A stretch of 64,000 bases of DNA, taken from an uncultured virus (IMG/VR IMGVR_UViG_3300036823_000386). Its lineage: Duplodnaviria > Heunggongvirae > Uroviricota > Caudoviricetes. The notes below the pieces were generated by a model, which made no database searches, had not been told where the DNA came from, and saw only the letters and a program-made list of their open reading frames with translations. This document shows positions 20,147-29,559 of this stretch, one piece after another (the first letter of the stretch is position 1; every line of letters starts with the position of its first letter). Location: IMG/VR virus record IMGVR_UViG_3300036823_000386; one strand, written 5' to 3'. Made by a program: the position numbers and the translations under genes.

Positions 20147-21415
20147 ATGAAAAATCCGACCTCGGTCCACACCATGAGCCTTGAGCAGTTGCAGGGCAAC
20201 TTCAAGAAGTTCGCGCGCCGTTCGCTTTCGCTATGCGGTGTCATGCCAGATGGCAAGCCGCTTGGCGTCGCCGTGAAACAATTCTTCGACGATCTGCTGG
20301 CCAGCACCACGGACGCGGAGAAAATCCGTCAGCGAAATGAATTCATGGCGCGGGCCGAAACCGACGCCAAGGCGCGCCAACAACTATGCTCGATCCGCGT
20401 GGAGACCGTCAGCAACTACGTACTCGCGACGGTCAATATCCTGAGCATGTTCTTCGAGATCGTCAATTTGGCTGACGGTGAAACCTACTATTTCCAGAAC
20501 ACGACCGAACAGGAAATCGGCGTCAGTTACATGGGTCCCGACGGCGGCATGCAACAAAAGACCGTCACCAAAGATGATGACGAAATACGTATTCCCATGA
20601 AAATCCTCACCACGGATGAAGTCCGTTACAAGGTTTGGGACGTTTACCGCGGTTCGATTGTGGATGCGGCCTTAAAAGTTTTGCGGATGGCCTATGATTT
20701 GCAGAACAAGATTGATCAGCTCGCCTATCAGTTGCTCACCGATCCTAACAAGGGAGCATTCGGCCAGTTCATTTATCCAGGTTCAACTGCGGGCGGCGGT
20801 GCTGGTAGCGGTACAGTTCCCCCCGTGAAGACCAGTACGGGCGCGGTTTCGCAGACGGGTGTCAATTACACGTTCCTACCGAACAGCCGCATCAATATTG
20901 CGAACTTGCCGAAGACCAACGATATCGTTCTCTCCACCAACACGGCGAATTCGGTGATGCGTTACGAGGTATTTCAGAAAGCCATCAAGTATAAGGACCA
21001 GTGGCAAGGTTGCTGGCCGGATGGTGATCCTCAACTGAGCGGAGAAGTACTCATTCCTGGCGCGGATGCAAGCGATATTGCGACTGAAATTGTGCCTTCG
21101 GGTTCAACCAACAACCGCGTGGCCGATGAGCTTTTGGAAAATGGTTACACCACGGTTGATTATCTTGGACAGCGTTTCGTGTTGAAGGCGGATAATACGA
21201 TCACTCCAGGAAGCTGCTATTTCGGCATGACTAAAAAAGCGGGTCGCGCCTTGTTCAAACCGAGTGGTGACCGCAATTACCGCCGTGGACCGGAGGATGA
21301 TTACGAACTCGCTGCCAAGAATGAGGAGGTCCAGTGGATGAACAAGCCGTTGGGACTCTATATGCCCACGACCGAACGCATCTACGCGTTGCGGGTGACT
21401 TATAAAACTCTCTAA
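20147..21415 (+). CDS. Probable major capsid protein
   Basis: 422 aa after scaffold/decoration; followed by strong hairpin; assigned by synteny and size. Confidence 0.65.
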   Translation: MKNPTSVHTMSLEQLQGNFKKFARRSLSLCGVMPDGKPLGVAVKQFFDDLLASTTDAEKIRQRNEFMARAETDAKARQQLCSIRVETVSNYVLATVNILSMFFEIVNLADGETYYFQNTTEQEIGVSYMGPDGGMQQKTVTKDDDEIRIPMKILTTDEVRYKVWDVYRGSIVDAALKVLRMAYDLQNKIDQLAYQLLTDPNKGAFGQFIYPGSTAGGGAGSGTVPPVKTSTGAVSQTGVNYTFLPNSRINIANLPKTNDIVLSTNTANSVMRYEVFQKAIKYKDQWQGCWPDGDPQLSGEVLIPGADASDIATEIVPSGSTNNRVADELLENGYTTVDYLGQRFVLKADNTITPGSCYFGMTKKAGRALFKPSGDRNYRRGPEDDYELAAKNEEVQWMNKPLGLYMPTTERIYALRVTYKTL

Positions 21416-21421
21416 GTCGTG

Positions 21422-21444
21422 GCGGAGGCTCGTCGAGCCTCCGC
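21422..21444 (+). other. Perfect hairpin after capsid gene (mRNA stabiliser or weak terminator)
   Basis: GCGGAGGCTC-GTC-GAGCCTCCGC, no immediate poly-T. Confidence 0.5.
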
Positions 21445-21481
21445 AATTCTCCTCCGAATTTGAAAAACTAAAAACTTTTTT

Positions 21482-22546
21482 ATGAAATATACACTTCCAG
21501 CGGTGCAGACGGCGGATCTGGATACGATCCAATCGCCGTATTTCGGCGGTGAGTTCGCCGTCTATATGACCAATGTGCCGGGTGTGCGCATCGGCCAGGT
21601 GGATCTGACGGCGACGGCGCAGGGGACTTATACCGCGGACCCGGCGACGACCATCCAGGCGGCAGGCAGCGATCTGCAAATGGTGGCGATCACGCCGATC
21701 AACTCGGCGGCGCAGACGGTGGTCACATTGTCGGGAACGGACACGAGCGAACCGCCAGTGCCAATCACGTTGACGGCGACGTTCGCCCCGCCGGCGCGGT
21801 CGTTGAACCAGACGTTTAATTTTGCGCGCAGTTTCGCGGTGGACATGGTGGTGGGGCCAGTGAGTGTGCCGGCAAGCACTTTCCGGTCGCGCGCTTCCAA
21901 TGTCGCGACGCTGACGATCCCGGCGCACAAATTGTTGACGGGCATGAAGGTCAATGTGACCGGCGTGGGTGGCACGGGTTATAACGAGAATGGTGTGACC
22001 GTGACGGTCCTCACACCGAACACCTTCACTTATCCGAGTACGGGCGCGGATGAAGCCACGGCGGCGGACACGGGCGCGATGATCGCGGTCATCAATAACG
22101 GTTTGGCGGGAACCATCACCGGTTTGATCAGTGTTACAGGCGGCTCGGCGAATATGAGCTTCCGCGTTTACCAGCTTCCGGTGCTTGCCGATTACGTGCT
22201 GATCTCGCCGACGATGGAGATTGATTTCAACACGCGGTCGCGCGTGGCCAAGGGCATCAACAGCGGCATGGAAACGGACGCGTTCATCAAGAGCGGCATG
22301 TCTCAGCCGGGCGAGCTTTCCATCGGCAGCAATCTGGTGGACTTCGAGGCGGGCATGGCGCGTTTCGACGGCCAGAAAACCACGTGCATGCTGATCGGCT
22401 TGAAGGACGGCCAGCTTCAGGGAGACCGGATCGTGTTCCAGCAATACCACGGCACGGTGAAACCGAAACTGCCGACGGGCGATGGTGAAGCCACCATTGA
22501 GGCGGCGGGCAAGTTCGCGGACCTGCTGATATTCTTCGCGCCGTAA
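21482..22546 (+). CDS. Probable major tail tube protein with inserted beta domain
   Basis: C-terminal tube-like strands (PGELSI...ATIEAAGKF); insert RASNVATLTIPAHKLLTGMKVNVTG...NTFTY. Confidence 0.5.
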   Translation: MKYTLPAVQTADLDTIQSPYFGGEFAVYMTNVPGVRIGQVDLTATAQGTYTADPATTIQAAGSDLQMVAITPINSAAQTVVTLSGTDTSEPPVPITLTATFAPPARSLNQTFNFARSFAVDMVVGPVSVPASTFRSRASNVATLTIPAHKLLTGMKVNVTGVGGTGYNENGVTVTVLTPNTFTYPSTGADEATAADTGAMIAVINNGLAGTITGLISVTGGSANMSFRVYQLPVLADYVLISPTMEIDFNTRSRVAKGINSGMETDAFIKSGMSQPGELSIGSNLVDFEAGMARFDGQKTTCMLIGLKDGQLQGDRIVFQQYHGTVKPKLPTGDGEATIEAAGKFADLLIFFAP

Positions 22547-22675
22547 ACCCAAACAGTTTGAAGCCCTCCGCCCATTGGGTGTGACGGGCTTCGAGGCGCC
22601 CAGGGTCGAACACAAACCACGGTCCGGGCGCTTTTGAGAAATTCAAAAAACCAAAATTCAAAAGTTAAAATAAAT

Positions 22676-23233
22676 ATGAAATTCAAAAATAAAAATTCCG
22701 GTGGGTTCACGTTGGTGGAAATTCTTTTGACGATCGCAATCATCGCTGTCCTCGCGCCCATCGCAATCCCGCGAGTGGCAAAAGCGGCGGACATCGTGGT
22801 GAGCGGCCGGGCATTGGTGGAAAGCGCCAACTCGGGTGTGGTCACCAACGGCGGCAGCCTGGGCGGACCGTTCTCCAATTCGACGGTGACCAGCACGGCG
22901 AGTTCGCCAATCCCGGTGATTCCGGGGGTGGACATTGCGCTTTATATCACGCAGGTCGCCGCGGGTTCGGGCACGGCACCAGTGACTTACGGTTTCAACT
23001 TTGAAGGTTTAACCAACACGGCGGCGTTCCGTGGATCGGGCACGAATTTCTGGACGACCACGCTGCCTTATACCGCGACGCTGGCCTTGAACGGCACGAC
23101 GCAGGTGACGGGCTGGTTTGTCATCAACCATACCAACCTCATTGGCGTGGACCAGATCCGCTACGACTCCTGCTCGACCACGCAAGCCAACAATATTTTG
23201 GACGTGGTGCGTTGGAAATACGTCACCCCGTAA
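22676..23233 (+). CDS. Protein with type IV prepilin N-terminal cleavage/methylation motif
   Basis: MKFKNKNSGG|FTLVEILLTIAIIAVLAPIAIP: G-1, F+1, E+5 and hydrophobic helix. Confidence 0.8.
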   Translation: MKFKNKNSGGFTLVEILLTIAIIAVLAPIAIPRVAKAADIVVSGRALVESANSGVVTNGGSLGGPFSNSTVTSTASSPIPVIPGVDIALYITQVAAGSGTAPVTYGFNFEGLTNTAAFRGSGTNFWTTTLPYTATLALNGTTQVTGWFVINHTNLIGVDQIRYDSCSTTQANNILDVVRWKYVTP

Positions 23234-23237
23234 GCCA

Positions 23238-23258
23238 GGTCGGCAAGCGCCGACGGGC
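23238..23258 (+). repeat. Palindromic mini-repeat GGTCGGCAAGCGCCGACGGGC
   Basis: Identical copy 51071..51091; near copies 34293..34312 and 47329..47348. Confidence 0.7.
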
Positions 23259-23282
23259 CTATGTGGAAAGAAATAATCGGAC

Positions 23283-23307
23283 GGCGGCGACGCAGCACCG
23301 CCCTACC
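23283..23307 (-). repeat. GTAG-type REP-like hairpin
   Basis: Reverse strand GGTAG-GGCGG...CCGCC; related copy 35017..35041. Confidence 0.5.
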
Positions 23308-23337
23308 AGGTTAGTTGGTTGAATAAAAATATTTTTT

Positions 23338-23760
23338 ATGGAGCGAGTTAAAAAACATTGGCGGGTGGTCGCGGCGTTGACGGCGTTGTTGGCGCTCATC
23401 GCGTTTCCGGTTTTGGCGGACACGTTCGCCCGGATCGTGGACAACGCGACGGCGGTGAGCGCGCCGCAAATCGTGACGGTTACCAGCACGGCGGTATCCA
23501 CAGTTTTCTCGCTGAATCCTTCGCTCGGAGTGGGCCGGCCGATTTTGCGGACGGTTCAGAACACGGGGACGCAGCCGGTCCTTTATTTGATCAACAGCAC
23601 GAACGTGAGCACGACGAGTTATCACGGCGTGCTGGCGGCGGGCCAGGCGAATCGCGACGGGCTGGGCACGGTGCTGGACCTGAGCAAGGTGCCGTTCCCG
23701 GTGAGTTTCATCACGGAGAGCGGTTCGACCACGATTGCAGTGGTGGAAGAGATCCAATGA
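23338..23760 (+). CDS. Small signal-peptide protein resembling head spike-base/decoration domains
   Basis: KKHWRVVAALTALLALIAFPVLA|D; RTVQNTGTQPVLY...VSTTSYHGVLAAG. Confidence 0.55.
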   Translation: MERVKKHWRVVAALTALLALIAFPVLADTFARIVDNATAVSAPQIVTVTSTAVSTVFSLNPSLGVGRPILRTVQNTGTQPVLYLINSTNVSTTSYHGVLAAGQANRDGLGTVLDLSKVPFPVSFITESGSTTIAVVEEIQ

Positions 23761-23764
23761 TGCC

Positions 23765-23790
23765 AATGCGGAGTGCGGAGTGCGGAATGG
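23765..23790 (+). repeat. Heptamer tandem repeat (GCGGAGT/GCGGAAT)n
   Basis: Related arrays at 35838, 61136, 62285, 28119, 6635. Confidence 0.7.
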
Positions 23791-23813
23791 GGAGAATGAA
23801 GTCGCGGAGTTGA

Positions 23814-26678
23814 ATGAAAAAGAATTTTAACATGCGGGTGGGGCTGGTGCTGGCGCTTTTGAGCGCCAGTTGCTCTTTGGGCCTGGGGCAAACCCAGGAC
23901 GTGCGCCGCAATGGCGGTGGGGGCGGCGGGAGTGGTGGCGCGCCGTCGGGCTCGGCCGGTGGCGATTTGGGAAGCACGTATCCGAATCCTAGCGTCAGCC
24001 AAGTCGGGGGCGTGACGGCGGCGAATGTGGCGAGTGGGGCGACGGCGGCGAATAATGCCACGACCAACGCCACTGGTGGGACAATAGTGAAGCGCGATGC
24101 CGCTGGTGGGACGACCATCAGCACCGCGCGATTGGGCGGCGTGACGTTCAGTTCGGACAATGGCGGCGGCATCAATTTTGTCTGCACCAACGACACGGCA
24201 GCGGGCTACACGGCGGACGGAGTAGTGAGCGCGCTCAATAAGAATCCCCGGGGAAGCGGTTCGGGATGGGGGGCGCAATATGTCGGCAATGAATTGGTGA
24301 ACCAATATGGCGAGACGGGAACTTTGCTGGACACCGACAGCCAGGGACGTCCGCTCTATCTCTACGACCAATTTGGAATTGATATGCTGTTCGTGGGCGA
24401 GGATGCGCCCCGGGCGGTCATGAATGGCAAGGCGTTGATCGTGTTCGATGCGCCGCATGCGTTTGTGATTGGAGCGAACGGGGTGGACGGCGGAGCCAAC
24501 GGAGTCCAGGGATTGTTGTATTACTCGAACAAGGTGACTTACTTTTCGCAGTTCCAGGATGACACGAACAAGATCAATCCCTCGGACGTTGGGTATCTCT
24601 ACTCGTTGAAAATTGAGCACAACCCGAGCCATCCGAATGTGACGACGGGGAGCAATTTGTTCGTGGGCGGATTTTTATACAACGGCACGACGACAGCGCA
24701 GCCGCTGACGGACGTGGCGGGGTTGCGCGGGGATGCGTTTGACACTTCCATAAATCTGAATGTGCAAAACGCGGTGTTGGTGGGCACGAATTTTTCAGCG
24801 CGGCAACTGGGCGTGGCGGCTTTTAATACGGGGAGCAGCTTCGGGTTGGGCGCGAACGGCGGGAATAATTCCGGCGTGTATTATTTTGGCGGCAATCCGC
24901 TGCTGCACTTTGACGGGACCTCGGCGATCCGGGTGGAAGTGGATGAGCCGATTCAGCCGGTGACCGCCAATACCAGCAGCGTGGGAGGGCCTACGCTTCC
25001 TTTTGGTCATGCGTATTTCAAGAGTAATTCGATTTCGGGGAACTTGACCTTGTCTTATGCGGGTGCGGGTATCCTGGAGACCGATGGCGGCGGCAATGTG
25101 ACGTCGGTGGCTACGGTCCCCAACGCGAATCTTCCTTCGGCGGCGATGGTGGTGAAGACCGCGAACTACACCATCCAGGCCACGGACCACGTGGTCATCC
25201 TGACGAACACCAGCGGCACGATCAAAGCAACGCTCCCGGCCGCCGCCACCGTGGCGCATCAGCAATTTTATCTGGTCAACAGCGGAGCGGCGACGGTGAT
25301 TGTCACCAACGGCAACGGGACGGACCTGTTTAATTATCAAACGAAATCTCTGACGAACACGGTCCCGATGTCGTTCATTCCCTTATACAGTGACGGCACA
25401 AACTTCTTTGCCGCCGGGTATTCCAATGGTATCCCGATAATGCCATATACCAATCTCGACGCTTTGTATGTAGAAGATCTGCATGTGGCCAATGGCATCC
25501 TGCCGGGCAGCGGCGGCACGGGTTGGACGAATGTTTTTCCGGGGACAATATTCGTTTGGAACGGCACGAACCTACCTGATCCGGTGGCGCTGAGCAGCAG
25601 CTTTTCACTTTCGGGAAGTCCGGGTGACACGAACCGGGTGCTGTCCATTGCGCCGGTATTCAGCATAGACACGAATATCCTGGTTACCAATTCTGTTTTA
25701 ACAGACCTGCTCGATTTTAATTTGCCCACGAATGGACAGTTTGTCGCGACTTACAATCTGACCATACAGGGGGAAAGTAATAATCGGGCATCATTCATAA
25801 ACGGGTCAGTAGTCTGCGCTAGCACCCCGGCTGGGGCCATGATCATTTCGACCAACAATCAGGTAACCAATCTCAACAAGTTTTGCTTTTGGAGCAACTT
25901 GTGGATACCGAGCGGAAACGACCTGCGGTTTAAGGTGACGGGAATGACGAACCAGTATACCTGGATTCACGTCAAGGGCGATGGTTATTTCGATACCAAC
26001 GGCGCGCCGCCGCCGCCCACGCCGCCGCCAGCAGGGCCGACCCCGGATAACGCGTGGTGGAAATTCGCCGAAGGGGCCGGGCACTCTACCAGCGCAGACC
26101 AGACCAGTGGCGGGCATGCGATTACTCTGGTAAACTCCCCGACCTGGGGAACGGATAACGCCGGATTTGCCAACTTTGGGGACGTTATCCTGGATGGAAC
26201 CAGCCAATACCTTTCCTACTCGGGCAGCGTTCTGCCAGGTAATGGTTCGCCGATCAATTTCAGCATTGTTGTTTGGGTGAAGTTTTCCGGCTCGCCAGCG
26301 GGCACAGTGGTTGGCTCTGATGCCTTCGGCGGCCTTAGGCTGGACGTTTCGAGCGGCGGGAACATTACCTTCTCCACCGACGCTACTGGTTTTAGCGCGG
26401 CCAGCACTGGCGGAACTTTAGCCAACGATAACCACTGGCACATGATTGGATTTACTGAAGATTCAATCGGTGACTACGTAATCTATATTGATGGCGTTAA
26501 TTTGACCCATGCGCAGCACAATTCTGGCTGGCTTGGGGGAGGTCACTATATTGGCGCGGATTTGGATGGAGGCGCGAATAACTTTCTCAATGCCGCTGTC
26601 GCGGACGTGGCGGTTTACACCACCACGCTTACCGATGCGAATATGACCACGCTTTATGCCGCAAAACCTCGTCACTAA
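23814..26678 (+). CDS. Large fibre/adhesin-like protein with predicted signal peptide and C-terminal LamG domain
   Basis: MKKNFNMRVGLVLALLSASCSLGLG; AGGDLGSTYPNP; KTANYT...TLPAAA; Pro linker; WWKFAEG...FSIVVWVK...WHMIG...ADVAVY. Confidence 0.7.
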   Translation: MKKNFNMRVGLVLALLSASCSLGLGQTQDVRRNGGGGGGSGGAPSGSAGGDLGSTYPNPSVSQVGGVTAANVASGATAANNATTNATGGTIVKRDAAGGTTISTARLGGVTFSSDNGGGINFVCTNDTAAGYTADGVVSALNKNPRGSGSGWGAQYVGNELVNQYGETGTLLDTDSQGRPLYLYDQFGIDMLFVGEDAPRAVMNGKALIVFDAPHAFVIGANGVDGGANGVQGLLYYSNKVTYFSQFQDDTNKINPSDVGYLYSLKIEHNPSHPNVTTGSNLFVGGFLYNGTTTAQPLTDVAGLRGDAFDTSINLNVQNAVLVGTNFSARQLGVAAFNTGSSFGLGANGGNNSGVYYFGGNPLLHFDGTSAIRVEVDEPIQPVTANTSSVGGPTLPFGHAYFKSNSISGNLTLSYAGAGILETDGGGNVTSVATVPNANLPSAAMVVKTANYTIQATDHVVILTNTSGTIKATLPAAATVAHQQFYLVNSGAATVIVTNGNGTDLFNYQTKSLTNTVPMSFIPLYSDGTNFFAAGYSNGIPIMPYTNLDALYVEDLHVANGILPGSGGTGWTNVFPGTIFVWNGTNLPDPVALSSSFSLSGSPGDTNRVLSIAPVFSIDTNILVTNSVLTDLLDFNLPTNGQFVATYNLTIQGESNNRASFINGSVVCASTPAGAMIISTNNQVTNLNKFCFWSNLWIPSGNDLRFKVTGMTNQYTWIHVKGDGYFDTNGAPPPPTPPPAGPTPDNAWWKFAEGAGHSTSADQTSGGHAITLVNSPTWGTDNAGFANFGDVILDGTSQYLSYSGSVLPGNGSPINFSIVVWVKFSGSPAGTVVGSDAFGGLRLDVSSGGNITFSTDATGFSAASTGGTLANDNHWHMIGFTEDSIGDYVIYIDGVNLTHAQHNSGWLGGGHYIGADLDGGANNFLNAAVADVAVYTTTLTDANMTTLYAAKPRH

Positions 26679-27569
26679 ATGAAGTATCTAATCATTTTCT
26701 TCATCGCCGTGGCCCGGCTCGCTTGCGCCGACGAGGTTGCGGATGTCGCACTCATCTCTACGGTCTGGACTAACGGTGCAAATATCACCGACGCCGCTTA
26801 CTACAATTCAATTACGGTTCATTCTTCCGCTGGCGCAGGAACGTGGATCACGAACGGATTCGGCCATACGAATTCCTTTGCGGCGACAGTAACCAATCTC
26901 TATGGGCGGGTACTCAACATAGGAGGCCAGCGATATCCAGATCTCACAAACAACATCGCCATTGCACTATCAATGACGAACAACAATAACTGGATGCAGT
27001 ATAATTTCACCACCCCTCAGTCAGAAGTTCTCATGGTGATGATGGTACAATTTGGCGCCCACGTGACCGGCGGCTCGGGCGTATTCGATATCTTCAACAT
27101 CAATGCCGGGTCTAAGGATGTTATTTCTCAATACTACGAAGCGCAGAATATTGGCGGAACGGATTATCCGACTATTTACGCTCACAACGCTGCCACAACA
27201 GAATTCGATCAGCCTATCTTCAATTTTACGCTCTCGACCAAGTGGTATATCCTGACGCTCTTCAAAAGCGTTTCTCGCGACGTCGCCATAATCACACTGA
27301 TTGATGCGGACACGGGTGTTGTATTCGGGAGCAGCTCCGTTACGCCGGCGCTGCAAAGCGAGATGTCCCCATTTGTGTCTATTGGCCGATTTGACAACCA
27401 CGCTCCGACGGATGAACAGGGGGGGCCGGAAACGAGCGGACCAGCCCCGGCGAACACCGTCATCAAAGACTGGCATGTGATCGTGGGCGCCGCGGCTGAC
27501 GCGCCCTATCACTGGCGCGATCAAGTGATTTGGAATGTCAACCACATGATCGCAGGGAATATGCGGTAA
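26679..27569 (+). CDS. Secreted beta-sandwich (lectin-like) protein
   Basis: MKYLIIFFIAVARLACA|D signal peptide; N/T-rich. Confidence 0.55.
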   Translation: MKYLIIFFIAVARLACADEVADVALISTVWTNGANITDAAYYNSITVHSSAGAGTWITNGFGHTNSFAATVTNLYGRVLNIGGQRYPDLTNNIAIALSMTNNNNWMQYNFTTPQSEVLMVMMVQFGAHVTGGSGVFDIFNINAGSKDVISQYYEAQNIGGTDYPTIYAHNAATTEFDQPIFNFTLSTKWYILTLFKSVSRDVAIITLIDADTGVVFGSSSVTPALQSEMSPFVSIGRFDNHAPTDEQGGPETSGPAPANTVIKDWHVIVGAAADAPYHWRDQVIWNVNHMIAGNMR

Positions 27570-27576
27570 CCCATTT

Positions 27577-27882
27577 ATGCCCGCTGAAAATTCGATGAGC
27601 AAGACCGAGAAGCTGAATCTGACGTTCACGATCCTGGGGCCGGTGGTAGTGATCGGCTTTTTATCCTGGTGTGCCTGGTCGTTCAATATCCGGCTGACGG
27701 TCGAGATGCAGGCGGCGGATAAGCGGGTGGCGGACGGTTACGTTTCCAAAGCGTGGTTTGAGCAAACAACGTCGGGCACGAACAAACGGCTGGATGATAT
27801 TTCGGCGGAGGTAAACGAGGTGCAGCGGGACGTGGCCACGTTGCGCGGCGAGATGTCCACAACGATAAGGACGGGCCGATAA
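27577..27882 (+). CDS. Single-TM coiled-coil protein (holin/antiholin-like)
   Basis: TM FTILGPVVVIGFLSWCAWSF then coiled coil. Confidence 0.5.
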   Translation: MPAENSMSKTEKLNLTFTILGPVVVIGFLSWCAWSFNIRLTVEMQAADKRVADGYVSKAWFEQTTSGTNKRLDDISAEVNEVQRDVATLRGEMSTTIRTGR

Positions 27883-27890
27883 ATTTATTT

Positions 27891-28271
27891 ATGGACCGGA
27901 TCAAGCAGGCGGAATTTTGGATCTACTCGCTGTTGAGCGCGTTCATCACGGGCGGTTGCAGCGCCATGGGGAGTGACGAAAGTGTTTCGCTGGCGCAACG
28001 GTTCGGGGCTCATGTCGAGGCGCTGTCGCTGAAGCAGATGGGGGCGATTTTCATTGTCGGCGGGATTACCGGAGCGGTGGCGTATCTGAAGAAAAGTCCA
28101 TTGCCGCCGTTGGCGGCCAGTGCGGAGCGCGAAGTGCGGAGTGTGGAATTGGGGAAGGAAGGGAAAGAAGCAGGAGCGGGGACGCGACCGCCAATTACCC
28201 CGGCATTTCTTTCGGCTCCGATTAATCAGGGTTCGGCTGCCGAACCGGAAAATTTGACGGCTAAAACATAA
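27891..28271 (+). CDS. Putative holin
   Basis: Two hydrophobic segments ending AYLKKSPLP. Confidence 0.5.
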   Translation: MDRIKQAEFWIYSLLSAFITGGCSAMGSDESVSLAQRFGAHVEALSLKQMGAIFIVGGITGAVAYLKKSPLPPLAASAEREVRSVELGKEGKEAGAGTRPPITPAFLSAPINQGSAAEPENLTAKT

Positions 28272-28322
28272 ACCAAAAAACGGCCGTCATTGACGGCCGC
28301 CACAGAAGAAAGAAAAGCAAAA

Positions 28323-29003
28323 ATGAAACAGTTGAAATTCGGAATGATCGCGGTGGCCAGTGCGTTGATGCTGGCTGCCTGCAAGACGACGGTCACGAGC
28401 ACGCCGGTGGTTACCAATGGTGTCACCAATTTGGTGCAGACAACGAATACGACGTTTGCAGGGATCGCAGTGACGCCGAGCGGGCTTTATAACTCGCTGA
28501 AGGCGGCGACGGCGGATGGCGCGAATATCGCCAAGGCGGACACGAACGCGGTGCAGTACATGGTGGCGTTGCGCGCCGTGATTGGGGATGCGCTGGGCGG
28601 GACGAACGTGGACATGACGGCGTTGCAAGCGGCGGTGAATCAACTGCCGTTGAGTTCGATTCATAGTCCGGTCGCGGTGGAAGCCATCCAGCAGGGTTTC
28701 AGCATTTTCGCGGCGTTGCTGCCGACGATCATCGCGCAGACGGGATCGAACAACCGGTTTGTGATGCCGGCGTTGCAGGGGGTTTACGATGGGTTGAGTC
28801 AGGCGCTGGGTTATCCCGTGACGCCGTATGTGCCGACGAGTTTGGAGCCGAGTGTGATTCTGCCGAGGCCACTCATTCAGAAATGCAGCGGCTTGGCCCA
28901 GGGGAAAAGCTTCTTCCCAGTCGTCAGCCCGATCGCGGTGGAGCAGGCGAATAACGCTGGGTTCGTGGATTTCTTCATTAATCTCGAGGCCCTGACAAAA
29001 TAG
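28323..29003 (+). CDS. Lipoprotein
   Basis: MKQLKFGMIAVASALMLAAC lipobox. Confidence 0.7.
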   Translation: MKQLKFGMIAVASALMLAACKTTVTSTPVVTNGVTNLVQTTNTTFAGIAVTPSGLYNSLKAATADGANIAKADTNAVQYMVALRAVIGDALGGTNVDMTALQAAVNQLPLSSIHSPVAVEAIQQGFSIFAALLPTIIAQTGSNNRFVMPALQGVYDGLSQALGYPVTPYVPTSLEPSVILPRPLIQKCSGLAQGKSFFPVVSPIAVEQANNAGFVDFFINLEALTK

Positions 29004-29005
29004 TT

Positions 29006-29245
29006 ATGGATCTTCCTCCGGTTCCAACTTCGGACGTCGCGGCGGTGGCCGATGCGGTCACCGCCGCAACCGACTTAGTCAAGCAACGCGACACCGAGGA
29101 GAATACTCCTGAAGTGCAAGCGGCCGCTGCCAAAGCCCAGGAACAGGCGGCATTCGATAGAATTCAAAAAGACGTGGCGGAAGGAAACATAGATGAAATT
29201 CGCAAAGACATTGCTGCTTCTCCCAATACTGGCCCTGCTACTTAG
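29006..29245 (+). CDS. Small helical protein (spanin-like position)
   Basis: Overlapped by downstream lipoprotein gene in another frame, as for Rz/Rz1. Confidence 0.4.
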   Translation: MDLPPVPTSDVAAVADAVTAATDLVKQRDTEENTPEVQAAAAKAQEQAAFDRIQKDVAEGNIDEIRKDIAASPNTGPAT

Positions 29246-29555
29246 CGGTTGCTTTACAGTCAAGCCGAAGGTTGTGCGAGCTGCCCGTCCCTCAATGGAT
29301 GGGAACGCTGCTACCAGCGGTTTGCAGGGCACAAACGCACCGGGTGGTTTCCCAATTAGCGAAGAAGCCTATCAGCGCTTCTGCTATTTGCGTGACCACT
29401 ACGGAAAATATATGACACCACCGTTGACGAACAACGTGGGCATCACGCCCGGGCCGAACAAAAAGGGGACTGACAAATGGATTATGGATGGTGAACGGAT
29501 GGTGGACTTCGGGGTGATGACCGCAATCGCCAATAATCCGAACTTCAAAAAATAA
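29193..29555 (+). CDS. Lipoprotein (o-spanin-like)
   Basis: MKFAKTLLLLPILALLLSGC lipobox; overlaps previous gene. Confidence 0.6.
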   Translation: MKFAKTLLLLPILALLLSGCFTVKPKVVRAARPSMDGNAATSGLQGTNAPGGFPISEEAYQRFCYLRDHYGKYMTPPLTNNVGITPGPNKKGTDKWIMDGERMVDFGVMTAIANNPNFKK

Positions 29556-29559
29556 AACC

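Noticed and set aside
21880..22080. Insert resembling domains auto-annotated as E1 FCCH, tempting a link to the Ubl system
   Set aside because: Common beta insertion in phage structural proteins; no E1 catalytic motifs
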